Assembly (NCBI GenBank): GCA_002435745.1
Contig: DIWT01000043.1
Coordinates: 50,654-114,653 of the forward strand
Length of the DNA: 64,000 nt
Source of the DNA: a bacterium UBP15_UBA6099
GTDB lineage: Bacteria; UBP15; UBA6099
Reading direction: 5' to 3'
Shown here: piece after piece, positions 9,340-17,992 of the stretch
Layout: each line of letters begins with the position of its first letter
How positions within the stretch are numbered: the stretch's first letter is position 1
The notes under the pieces: model-generated
The model's database searches: none
Told to the model about the DNA's origin: nothing
Seen by the model: only the letters and a program-made list of their open reading frames with translations
Program-made: the position numbers and the translations under genes

Positions 9340-11796
9340 ATGAGAGCAAGGAACCAATATATCGCGGGAATGGCGTTGTTGGCGCTTATTGCGGCGGGGG
9401 CCGCGCTGAGCGCGCTCGGACGCGTCCCGGTTCCGAGATTCTCTGAACAGAAAATTCTTTTCGACCCCATCGAGAACGCTCCTAACCCGTTCAGGAAAAC
9501 CCTCTGGCTCAACGGCAACTGGGAATTCAGGACAGGCGCGGTCGGGGAGTGGAACACGGTGGCGATCCCGCATGTCTGGAATAGCATTCCCGGTCTGGAG
9601 AACTACGCGGGCGCGGCTGAGTATAGGATAGAATTTAATATAGACGAAGATTGGGCGGGCGAATCGCCTATTCTCCGCTTCGAGGGAGTGGCTGGAGCGG
9701 CCGAGGTTTTGATAAACGACATCAGAGTCGCCAAAAGAACTTCTAGGCCGACGCCGTTCGAGGTTGACATCTCAAAACATGTCGTGTCTCCGGGCGGAAA
9801 CGAGCTTAGGGTGATAGTGGACAACAGTCCCGCGTCGGCGTTGGCGCCCGCGGGAGAAAAAAAATTCGGCGGGATTTTCAGAGAGGTTTTTATTGAGTTC
9901 AGGCGACCGCTAAGGTTCGAGGAAGCGAGCGCGGCGGCGAAAGCCGCGTCCGCAGACGAGGACTGGGCGACCGCCTCCGCGAGAGTGACCGCTCGCGTGG
10001 CGGTTCCCGACGGCGAGGCTCAGGTTTTCGGCAGGATAAACCCGGAGGAAGGATGGGGCGGCTCAATCTTCGATTCGTTGCTGTCTTCCGACTCCTCCGG
10101 TTACGCCTATCTCGATTGGCGGGGGGAGTTGCCGCAGGCCGTCCGGTGGAGTCCTGAGAATCCCCAGATTTACAAGGCCGGGCTGGTGGCTGTGACTCCG
10201 GAAGGAATGACGGACGGGGCGCAGAAATATTTCGGCGTTAGGGAATTCAAGCGCGATAGAAAAGGATTCCTCCTGAACGGCGGGCGGGTGACGCTCGACG
10301 GAGTGGTGTGGAGGACTCATTTCGGCGGCGGCTGGGGGCCGGTCGCGACCCGCGAGGCGGCGGAGAGAGACATCCGATTCATTCGCGCCGCAGGGTTCAA
10401 CGCGGTCAGGTTCGTCGCCCCTCCTCACCCGGAACTGCTAAGCATGTGCGATAGAGCGGGTTTGCTGGTTTTCGAGGAGCTTCCTTTCAGCGGAAAGTTG
10501 CGCGGCGGCGATTCAGCATACGCGGAGCTTGAGGCCGCGCTTGACGAGATGGTCGCCCGCGACGAGAGCCATCCTTCCGTCGTCGCGTGGGGGTTGGGCA
10601 ACGGCATAGATGTCGGCGACTCGGCCACCGCAGCCGCAGTCGAACGTCTTGCCGCGAGGCTGAAGAAGGCGGACCCCGGCAGGCTGGTTTACGCGGGGAC
10701 GAGGGGCGTTTCCCTATGGAAAGCGCCGAAGGAAATAGACTTTTACGCTTTCGAGGAATACGCGGGCTGGACGGGCCGCTCGACGGCGTCGCTGAAGCGC
10801 GCGCTGTCGTCCAAGAAAATATCGGCGTCCGAAAGGCCGCTCGTCCTCTTGGCATACGGCGCGGGCGCGGACGCGCGCGCGGGAGCCGCCGGACTGAAAG
10901 GCTCCCAGCTTCATCAGTATTTTGCTATCGCGGCGGCGCGCGACGCCATGGCTGCGGCCTCGAACGCCGGAGGCGGTTTCATTGATTCTCTGGCTGATTA
11001 CGAAGGGCCGGCTCTCGGCGGCCCGCGCGTTGAAAGGCATATCGTGGACACCGGCCTGCTCGACGAGGACCGGAAGCCGAAGATTGTCTATCAGCAACTA
11101 TCCGGCGCGGGGCGGCCCGAGGACGTCGCGTGGCGGTGGTCGAGACTCCGATTCAGGCTGCCCGGCGCGGAACTCGCGCTGCTGGCCGCCGCCGCGCTGG
11201 CGGGGTTCTCCATCTGGAGCGGCTTCGGCAGAGTGTGGCAGGCCCTTGTTGAGCCTGAGGAACTGCGCCCGTTCGACGGGGACTCGCGGGACGACGCGAA
11301 GAGCTTCCTGCTGTTCGGGCTTCCGATGCTCATTGCGGGAGCCGCGGCGATGTCTTTCGCTGCGTCCGCCGCGCTCGACCTGCGCCCGCTGAATCCGGCG
11401 ACAACTTCTCCGGCTGTCATCTCGGCGACAAAGCTGTGGATCGAGCATTTCCCTGTCAGGCTCGCTGTCATGTTCGTCGCGCAAATCTTCTTCGCGGCAG
11501 CCGCAGGCATGACATCCGCGGCGATTCTTGGCGTGGAGCCTTTAAAAATCTTTGAGCTTTCGGCGCGTTGTTCCGCCCTGAGGATGCTTTTCGTTTTTGC
11601 GCCTTTCATCCCAATCCCTCTCTGGAGCTTCGCGGTTTTGATTGCGGGTTGGGAAGTATTCGTTCTGACAGGCGCGGTGTCGCGAACGCTGTGGGAACCA
11701 GTCGACAGAGCCGCCGTCGCGGTAGCTGCCGGGTTTGCCGCCGCCGCCGCAATAGTCGTCTCGATAGCCGTTTTTATATTAAATGTGATCCTCTGA
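9340..11796 (+). CDS. GH2-like (beta-galactosidase/glucuronidase fold) protein with an N-terminal signal anchor and a C-terminal polytopic membrane domain. The acid/base Glu appears substituted
   Basis: GH2 sugar-binding-like NGNWEFR...YAGAAEYRIEF...LRFEGVAGAAEVLINDIRV, TIM-barrel-like RDIRFIRAAGFNAVRF...HPSVVAWGLGNG, then FEEYAGW and TGLLDEDRKPK. Residues ~605-818 are hydrophobic, with about 5-6 predicted helices by eye. Confidence 0.7.
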   Translation: MRARNQYIAGMALLALIAAGAALSALGRVPVPRFSEQKILFDPIENAPNPFRKTLWLNGNWEFRTGAVGEWNTVAIPHVWNSIPGLENYAGAAEYRIEFNIDEDWAGESPILRFEGVAGAAEVLINDIRVAKRTSRPTPFEVDISKHVVSPGGNELRVIVDNSPASALAPAGEKKFGGIFREVFIEFRRPLRFEEASAAAKAASADEDWATASARVTARVAVPDGEAQVFGRINPEEGWGGSIFDSLLSSDSSGYAYLDWRGELPQAVRWSPENPQIYKAGLVAVTPEGMTDGAQKYFGVREFKRDRKGFLLNGGRVTLDGVVWRTHFGGGWGPVATREAAERDIRFIRAAGFNAVRFVAPPHPELLSMCDRAGLLVFEELPFSGKLRGGDSAYAELEAALDEMVARDESHPSVVAWGLGNGIDVGDSATAAAVERLAARLKKADPGRLVYAGTRGVSLWKAPKEIDFYAFEEYAGWTGRSTASLKRALSSKKISASERPLVLLAYGAGADARAGAAGLKGSQLHQYFAIAAARDAMAAASNAGGGFIDSLADYEGPALGGPRVERHIVDTGLLDEDRKPKIVYQQLSGAGRPEDVAWRWSRLRFRLPGAELALLAAAALAGFSIWSGFGRVWQALVEPEELRPFDGDSRDDAKSFLLFGLPMLIAGAAAMSFAASAALDLRPLNPATTSPAVISATKLWIEHFPVRLAVMFVAQIFFAAAAGMTSAAILGVEPLKIFELSARCSALRMLFVFAPFIPIPLWSFAVLIAGWEVFVLTGAVSRTLWEPVDRAAVAVAAGFAAAAAIVVSIAVFILNVIL

Positions 11797-11874
11797 GAGC
11801 GCCTTCATTAGGCGGATGCCGGGGAATCCGAACAAAAACCAAATGATTAAGACTTTTCGGGAGGAACAATCCTT

Positions 11875-12216
11875 ATGAAAACAGTCGATAAGCCTTGGGG
11901 AAGAGAAGTTTGGATCGCGTATGACAACGGCAAATACGCGGCGAAATTCCTCGAGATAAACGCCGGCCACAGGCTCAGCTATCAGTACCACAAAGTCAAG
12001 CATGAAACGCTCTATCTGATGGAAGGAAAAGTAAAATTCACGCTCGAAAACGCGGCGGGCGAAATAGAGGAGCATGTCATTGTGCCGGGCGAATACAGGG
12101 TGGTTGAGCCGGGAAGAAAACACAGAATGGAAGCCGTTGAGGACAGCCGGTTCTTCGAAGTTTCCACCCCCGAACTCGACGACGTAGTCCGCGTAGAAGA
12201 CGACTACGAGCGTTGA
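11875..12216 (+). CDS. Cupin-domain protein (mannose-6-phosphate isomerase type II C-terminal cupin-like)
   Basis: 113 aa, KPWGREVWIA...AGHRLSYQYHKVKHETLYLMEGK...GRKHRMEA. GGGAGGA RBS upstream. Confidence 0.8.
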   Translation: MKTVDKPWGREVWIAYDNGKYAAKFLEINAGHRLSYQYHKVKHETLYLMEGKVKFTLENAAGEIEEHVIVPGEYRVVEPGRKHRMEAVEDSRFFEVSTPELDDVVRVEDDYER

Positions 12217-12514
12217 GCGGGTTTAATTTGCGATCTGCGCGATCGAGGCCGAATTATTTGTGCGTGGAAAACAATGCTGTCAAATTATAAAGCAATCACA
12301 AACTACGTTTTAATGCTGTGTTTTTAATTTTATAAGGCGGAAAAACCGATTCCCGCCGGTATTTCCGTCGTGATCTCGATGACACGTTTGATTAAATGCT
12401 ATTTGATGGAACAGAATTGACGAAAAACAGATAAATGTGTTAAAAATCAATATCGACTATTTTGAGAGATGAACAAAAAAACATTCAGCAGATATTGAGA
12501 AGGCGGAGGGCGGC

Positions 12515-13360
12515 ATGAACATATTTAGATTGAGATCGAACCTTCATCCTGTGGTTTGCATAGCGGTTTTAATGATGGCATTAAGCGCGTCGACTTCATT
12601 TTCTGCGCAAATTGATAACGAAGAAGTTGCGATTATAGACGATAAAAACGCCGCGCTCGCTAATGATTTGCTGATCGTAAAGACATTTACGTCTAAATCG
12701 AGCAACAAATATGCTTTGGATACGAATATTCGGCAGGTAAGGAAGATGCTTACGGAATATGTATCGCGAGGCTTTCTTGCGGACAGTCGAATAAGAACAG
12801 TGGTGGCGCTTGGAACAGACGAGGAGGACAGCGATATTGAGAACGCATTATTCAACAAAGTCGGCAATTACAAAAATGCTGAAAAACTAATCAACTTCGA
12901 TGAAGCGCGCGCATTAGCGAAAAGACACAACGCTAGAATTATTCTAATGACGGATATTCGGGAAATGAAGGAAAGGACAGCCGTTAGAGAGGGCGGAAAA
13001 ACAACTCTTTACAAGGGAAAGACAACATTTATCGCAACTGTTGACATAACCGCAATACTTTATGATGCTCAAGAAGATAAAACGTTTTGGTTTAAATATT
13101 ACGCAAATGAATCAGAAATCGGCAGTAAAAAATGGAGCGGTCTTGTAAACAGGTTTTTGCAGGACCACTGCATAATCGTTAACAAAGAGATTGGACCATC
13201 CGTAGGCAATCAGGAGTTTCACAAGGAAACCGATTTGTTTTTGAATAGTCCGGTCGGCATTCCTTTTAAGATTGTTTCGGATCAGATGCTAAAAGATGTG
13301 TCGCCGATGATATACGACCAACTCGGTATTTCTCCGCCCGAACAACCCGTAGTCGAATAA
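12515..13360 (+). CDS. Hypothetical secreted protein encoded in a low-GC island
   Basis: 281 aa with a signal-peptide-like N-terminus (VVCIAVLMMALSASTSFSAQ) and a GGAGGG RBS. I recognise no family. Composition is visibly AT-richer than the flanks. Confidence 0.6.
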   Translation: MNIFRLRSNLHPVVCIAVLMMALSASTSFSAQIDNEEVAIIDDKNAALANDLLIVKTFTSKSSNKYALDTNIRQVRKMLTEYVSRGFLADSRIRTVVALGTDEEDSDIENALFNKVGNYKNAEKLINFDEARALAKRHNARIILMTDIREMKERTAVREGGKTTLYKGKTTFIATVDITAILYDAQEDKTFWFKYYANESEIGSKKWSGLVNRFLQDHCIIVNKEIGPSVGNQEFHKETDLFLNSPVGIPFKIVSDQMLKDVSPMIYDQLGISPPEQPVVE

Positions 13361-13422
13361 TAGCGTTTTATTAAGCCGAAGTTTCTTGCATGATACGGAA
13401 TTTCTATTCTTTCGTTCGCGTT

Positions 13423-14724
13423 TCAGCGGGAAAGTTTCGATATCGAATCCAAGGCGAGACGTTCGGCGGCTGCGGCTTTTCTCCCCTTGTAGGGGCCGAG
13501 ACCCGAGAAGACTGCTCGGTCGGCTCTGAACACTTCCGCTGCCAGCTCGCAGACATCTTCCGGTTTGACTTCCAGTATCTTTTCCAGAATTTCCTCGTCG
13601 GCCACGTTTCTTCCGTAGAAGATTTCCGATTGCGCCAGTTTGCTCATTCTGCCGCCGACGCTTTCCATGCTCATCGTGATGGAAACTTTGAGTTGCGATT
13701 TGACGCGGTCAAGCTCTTGAAGCGACACTTGGCCGGAGGTCACTTTGTTCAGTTCCGAGATGGTCACGTCGAGGACTTCGGCTAGATTGTCCGGTCTTGT
13801 CGAAGCGGACACGTAGAAGAAACCGGTGTCGCTGAAACTGGAGTTGCTCGTCATGATGTCGTAGACGAGGCCCCGGAGTTCCCGCACTTCGTAGAACAGT
13901 CTGCTGCTCATCCCGCCGCTTAGTATCATGTCGAGAAGCATGTATTTGTAGCGGTCCGGGCTTTTGTACGGCGCGCCGGGGAATCCGAGGCAGAAGTGCG
14001 TCTGCTGGATATCCTTGCGCCTGATCACCGCCTTGGTGGAAAAGTCGGGTTCGGATTGAGGGGAGACCAGCGCTTTGCATGGCGGAAGGGAGCACGGCTC
14101 GATGGCCTTGGCGACAAGAGCCGGGATGTCCAGCCCGCCGAGGTTTCCCGCCGCCGACACCACAAGATGCGCGGGCCGGTAAAATTTTTCATATAGCTCG
14201 AACAGCTTGTCGCGCGTCATCCCGGCGATGTCTGCTTCGTAGCCTAGAATGCTGTGCCCCAGCCCTTCAAGCCCGTAAATGTCCTGAATAAAATTGTCCG
14301 TGACGATTTCTTCCGGAGTGTCGTCGTGGCCTTTAATCTCTTCAAGCACGACTTCCCGCTCCCTGTCGAATTCGTCCGCCGGGAACACCGAACGGCGGAA
14401 CATATCGGCCATGATGTCTATCACGAGAGGGATATGTTCGGGCAGCGCGCGGGCGTATAGGCGGGTGCGCTCCTCGGAGGCCGAAGCGCCTATGGAGCCG
14501 CCCACGTCCTCGACCGCCATTGCAAGCTCTCTCGGCCCCATGCTGCGCGTGCCTTTGAACAGCATGTGCTCAATGAAGTGCGCCGAGCCGTAGTCGCCCT
14601 CCGGCTCGTATCTGGAGCCGAACGCCACCCAGAATCCGACCGACGCGGTGTGCATCGAGGGCATCCGCTCGACGAGCGTCACCGCTCCGCCGTCAATTAT
14701 TGTTTTTTCTATTTCATTGTTCAT
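13423..14724 (-). CDS. M16-family zinc metallopeptidase (pitrilysin/insulinase-like)
   Basis: Inverted zinc motif HFIEHMLFKGT (HxxEH). The track ORF reaches 14994, but I trimmed it to the Met at 14724 (MNNEIEKTIIDGGAVTLVE...). The upstream 90 codons look non-coding. Confidence 0.85.
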   Translation of the reverse strand: MNNEIEKTIIDGGAVTLVERMPSMHTASVGFWVAFGSRYEPEGDYGSAHFIEHMLFKGTRSMGPRELAMAVEDVGGSIGASASEERTRLYARALPEHIPLVIDIMADMFRRSVFPADEFDREREVVLEEIKGHDDTPEEIVTDNFIQDIYGLEGLGHSILGYEADIAGMTRDKLFELYEKFYRPAHLVVSAAGNLGGLDIPALVAKAIEPCSLPPCKALVSPQSEPDFSTKAVIRRKDIQQTHFCLGFPGAPYKSPDRYKYMLLDMILSGGMSSRLFYEVRELRGLVYDIMTSNSSFSDTGFFYVSASTRPDNLAEVLDVTISELNKVTSGQVSLQELDRVKSQLKVSITMSMESVGGRMSKLAQSEIFYGRNVADEEILEKILEVKPEDVCELAAEVFRADRAVFSGLGPYKGRKAAAAERLALDSISKLSR

Positions 14725-14905
14725 TCCGTCAATTATAGCGGCGCGCGGCGGATAATGCCACTTCGCGACCCGCGCGGCGCTCAATTGTGGACTCCAGCAT
14801 GTCTCTATGATATGATAATTCTCTGAACAGCGCGGCGCGGGATGGAATAAAACCAGCCCCGGAAACGACTCACAATTGTATATAGGTTGATAAACACACA
14901 GGGAG

Positions 14906-16459
14906 ATGACGGAACAAATGAAAAAAAGAGCGGCTTTGGCGGTGGCGATAGCCGCCGCCGCGTTATTCGCGGCGGGGTGCGGCAAAGGGTACATGACTCC
15001 TTACCAAATTCAATACGGGGATGTCGAAGGCTACATTTACGCGGACAGTTATAACAGCGGACTTGCGGCAAGACCCGCGCTCCGCGCGGCGGGAAGGGCT
15101 GTCCCGGACGGACAAATCCCAGTCGCCGGCGCTCAAGTGTCCCTAACCGCAAAGGATTTCACTCCAGCTCAGGCTCCTCTTCCCGTTCAAACGGACGGAG
15201 ACGGCAAATTCATCTTCTCGGACATAGAGGCCGGAGCATATACTCTCAAGGCAATTAAAGACGGCATGGCGGACATCGAATTCGATATGACGGTCGTCGC
15301 AGACACTACCAATGTGGTGAATGACGCTGCGGGAGACGATCAGATGTCCATGACTCCGACGGACAAAGGGACGCTGACCGTCACCGCCGTCGCCGACTGC
15401 CAAGTCTCCATCCCGGTGGAGGGCGATATTTATGTCGGAGGGTTGCTAACCACCTACAAGACTCCGGTTGCTGTGATAAACGACATCGCGCCCGGACTTC
15501 GAGAGATTCTTGTGAGGGCGGACGGCTATCAGGTTCCCGCGGCAAAAAATGTGACCATAACTTCCGGCGGGCAGCAGAGCGTGGACTTCACCCTTGTGCC
15601 TTCTGGCGGAAATATGAAGCCGTTGGCGACAATCAGTTCGCCCGCAGACGGAGCCGAGGTTTATCTAGGCAATATTGTGACTTTTACCGGAGTCGGCGCC
15701 GATTGCGAGGAAGGCAACCTTGCCGGAGCTTCCCTCGTATGGACGTCCGACTTGGACGGCCCTATCGGAACCGGGAATCTGGTCACAAGCAACACTCTTT
15801 CGGAAGGAACTCATGTCATAACGCTTGAAGTATCAGACGAGGATGGTTTAAACGACACGGACACGATAACGCTTGTGGTGAACCCCGCCCAAAGCTCAGC
15901 GCCCGTCGCGACAATCGTCTCTCCTGTGAACGGATATGCTTTCGCGACCGGAGCCGTTGTCACATTCATAGGCACGGGACTTGACGCTCAGGACGGTGTT
16001 TTGACAGGCGCTTCCCTGAGTTGGCATTCCAGCGAGGACGGCGATCTCGGCACAGGAACATATCTGACAAAAACAAACTTGTCCGAGAACGAGCACGTAA
16101 TCACTCTAACAGTTACAGACTCGGATGATGAGATCGACACGGCGACAGTCACTATAACAGTCGGCGAATCGGAAGCGGAAAATCAGCCGCCCGTGGTCGC
16201 CATAGCGTCGCCTGTAAGCGGTTCCAGCGTCGCAAGCGGCACGTTGTTGTTCTTTGCTGGCGGAGCAGTTGACCCGGAGGACGGAGCGATAACGGGAGCC
16301 GGCCTTGTCTGGACTTCAGACATCGACGGTCCTATCGGAACTGGAGCTTATTTCACAAAGAACAACCTGACCGCCGGGCTGCACACAATAACCCTTTCAG
16401 TCGAAGACAGCCAAGGCGAGGAAGCCTCGGATTCGGTCACTATCGAGATAACGGAATAA
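14906..16459 (+). CDS. Lipoprotein with a carboxypeptidase-regulatory-like beta-sandwich region and three tandem Ig/PKD-like domains
   Basis: Lipobox LFAAGC, then QVSLTA...DGDGKFIFSDIEAGAYTLKA, then three ~88-aa repeats. Confidence 0.7.
   Translation: MTEQMKKRAALAVAIAAAALFAAGCGKGYMTPYQIQYGDVEGYIYADSYNSGLAARPALRAAGRAVPDGQIPVAGAQVSLTAKDFTPAQAPLPVQTDGDGKFIFSDIEAGAYTLKAIKDGMADIEFDMTVVADTTNVVNDAAGDDQMSMTPTDKGTLTVTAVADCQVSIPVEGDIYVGGLLTTYKTPVAVINDIAPGLREILVRADGYQVPAAKNVTITSGGQQSVDFTLVPSGGNMKPLATISSPADGAEVYLGNIVTFTGVGADCEEGNLAGASLVWTSDLDGPIGTGNLVTSNTLSEGTHVITLEVSDEDGLNDTDTITLVVNPAQSSAPVATIVSPVNGYAFATGAVVTFIGTGLDAQDGVLTGASLSWHSSEDGDLGTGTYLTKTNLSENEHVITLTVTDSDDEIDTATVTITVGESEAENQPPVVAIASPVSGSSVASGTLLFFAGGAVDPEDGAITGAGLVWTSDIDGPIGTGAYFTKNNLTAGLHTITLSVEDSQGEEASDSVTIEITE
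15620..16450 (+). repeat. Three diverged in-frame tandem repeats (~264 nt, 88 aa each) inside the lipoprotein gene
   Basis: Units at about 15620-15886, 15899-16162 and 16187-16450. Shared pattern: P.A.I.SP..G......V.F.G...D.EDG...GA.L.WTSD.DGPIGTG......L..G.H.ITL.V.D. Confidence 0.75.
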
Positions 16460-16529
16460 TTGCGGCTACCGGCTGCTGCCCCAGTTTTCTACAAGGAAAC
16501 TGTGGGTTGGATTGCTCGGCTGAGCTTTG

Positions 16530-17846
16530 TCAGATTTTCGCCGACCCCGTGATGAAGTCCAAGAACCGGGATTTTATCTCTTTATTCAGAAGTATCTGTT
16601 TTGACACCGGGAGGGCGAGGAAAGCGCCCGCCAGCGATTTCATGAACTGCAAGGGCGGCCCTTCCACTTCGTCGAATATCAGGTGGTGCATCTTTCCTCT
16701 TTCGACCGCCATGTTGAATATGCGCTCCAGCGTCGATTCCGGCGTGAGCGTTCGTTTCTCTCTTTTTTTCAGTTCGATGGCTCCCGCCGCGCATGCCCGG
16801 TGGCAGACTCCGCATCCGAGGCACACCGATTCGTCTATGACGGCCAGCCGTTTTCTCTTTTTGCCGTCAGGCGAAGACGCCGCGTCCGCGGGCCTCTCGA
16901 CCATCGTTATCGCCTTTATAGGGCATATCTTTTCGCACTTGCCGCAGCCCGTGCATTCCGGAGCGGAGATGGCCGCGATATAGGCGCTGGTGTGAACGGC
17001 GTATTTCAGGCCGTGCTCGTTGACCGCCACCATCATCCCGCAGCAGCACCCGCAGCAGTTGCAGATGAAGGTGACGCCGCGCTTCACGTTGTCCGCCACC
17101 TGAACCAGCCCGCTGCCGCGCGCCACTTCGAGCAGGTCTCGCATCTCTTCCTTAGACACGTCCCGCGCCAGACCGTTGCCCACGAGGTAATCCGACCCGT
17201 TGTCCAGCGCGAAACAAATATCCATCGGCTTATCGCAGGGGTTGCCTATAAGTTTTTGCTTGTGTCTGCAATAGCAGAGCGCCACAGAGCGCCTTCGTGA
17301 ATTCTCGATGTAGTCAGACACGCTGTCGATGTCCAATATAGAGCTAAGCGCTTCGGGTTTTAGCGCAGTCTCGTGCGTCATTGCTCTGCCGATCTGCGTC
17401 GTCTCCTGAAAAACTTCCTTAATGAACTTCCCGGATTTTTCGTGCAGGAAATGGCTCATCAGTTCCGCAAGGCGCTTCTGGTCGAAATCGTCTCTCTCCC
17501 TCATCAGGGAAAACTCAAAGAAGCCTACGATGGGGGGATTGAGAATATAGTAAGTCCTGTCGTTTTTCGGGTTGTTGTAATCGACGACTAGGCCTCGGCC
17601 CGCCATCTCGCCGAGCATCAAGCGAAGGCGCTCTTTCTCCACCCCCGTGCGCTCAGACAATTTCTCCAGAGAAGTCGGTTTCAGCGGCATCAGAGACGCC
17701 ACCCTCGCGTGCTCTTCGCTGTATAGAGTTTCCAATATCTCGAAAAACTCCGGTGTCTCAGGCGCCCCTACGGGGTTCCTGTTCAGCCTGTCCATCAGAT
17801 TCTTGTATACGACTTTCACTTTTCTATCGCCGCTCATCAGCCGCAC
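16530..17846 (-). CDS. Cys-rich Fe-S protein with two ferredoxin-type 4Fe-4S motifs and an N-terminal winged-helix-like segment
   Basis: CTGCGKCEKICP and CLGCGVCHRACA, plus CYCRHKQ...NPCDKPMDIC and FICNCCGCCCG. The N-terminus SLEKLSERTGVEKERLRLMLGEMAGRGLVVDY looks wHTH-like. The start could be GTG 17846 or ATG 17837. Confidence 0.7.
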   Translation of the reverse strand: MRLMSGDRKVKVVYKNLMDRLNRNPVGAPETPEFFEILETLYSEEHARVASLMPLKPTSLEKLSERTGVEKERLRLMLGEMAGRGLVVDYNNPKNDRTYYILNPPIVGFFEFSLMRERDDFDQKRLAELMSHFLHEKSGKFIKEVFQETTQIGRAMTHETALKPEALSSILDIDSVSDYIENSRRRSVALCYCRHKQKLIGNPCDKPMDICFALDNGSDYLVGNGLARDVSKEEMRDLLEVARGSGLVQVADNVKRGVTFICNCCGCCCGMMVAVNEHGLKYAVHTSAYIAAISAPECTGCGKCEKICPIKAITMVERPADAASSPDGKKRKRLAVIDESVCLGCGVCHRACAAGAIELKKREKRTLTPESTLERIFNMAVERGKMHHLIFDEVEGPPLQFMKSLAGAFLALPVSKQILLNKEIKSRFLDFITGSAKI

Positions 17847-17992
17847 GCTCCGCGCTCCGGTTTTCCGGATAAGATAAAGCGCCGCGCCGGAAATGGCAAG
17901 AAAACAGAAAAAACGATATTCAAATCCTGAATAGCAAGGGATCGCGTGATATAATACGCCGAAATAAAAAGGAAAGGTTTATCAATGCGTCC

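Noticed and set aside
14725-14994. A 90-codon N-terminal extension of the M16 peptidase ORF. Similar extensions occur at 6772-6828, 22039-22197, 35891-35992, 46073-46120, 49814-49879, 53213-53275, 54255-54326 and 62133-62243.
   Set aside because: The extensions lack family similarity and often use non-ATG starts. Internal ATGs with Shine-Dalgarno sequences give proteins of canonical length and N-termini.
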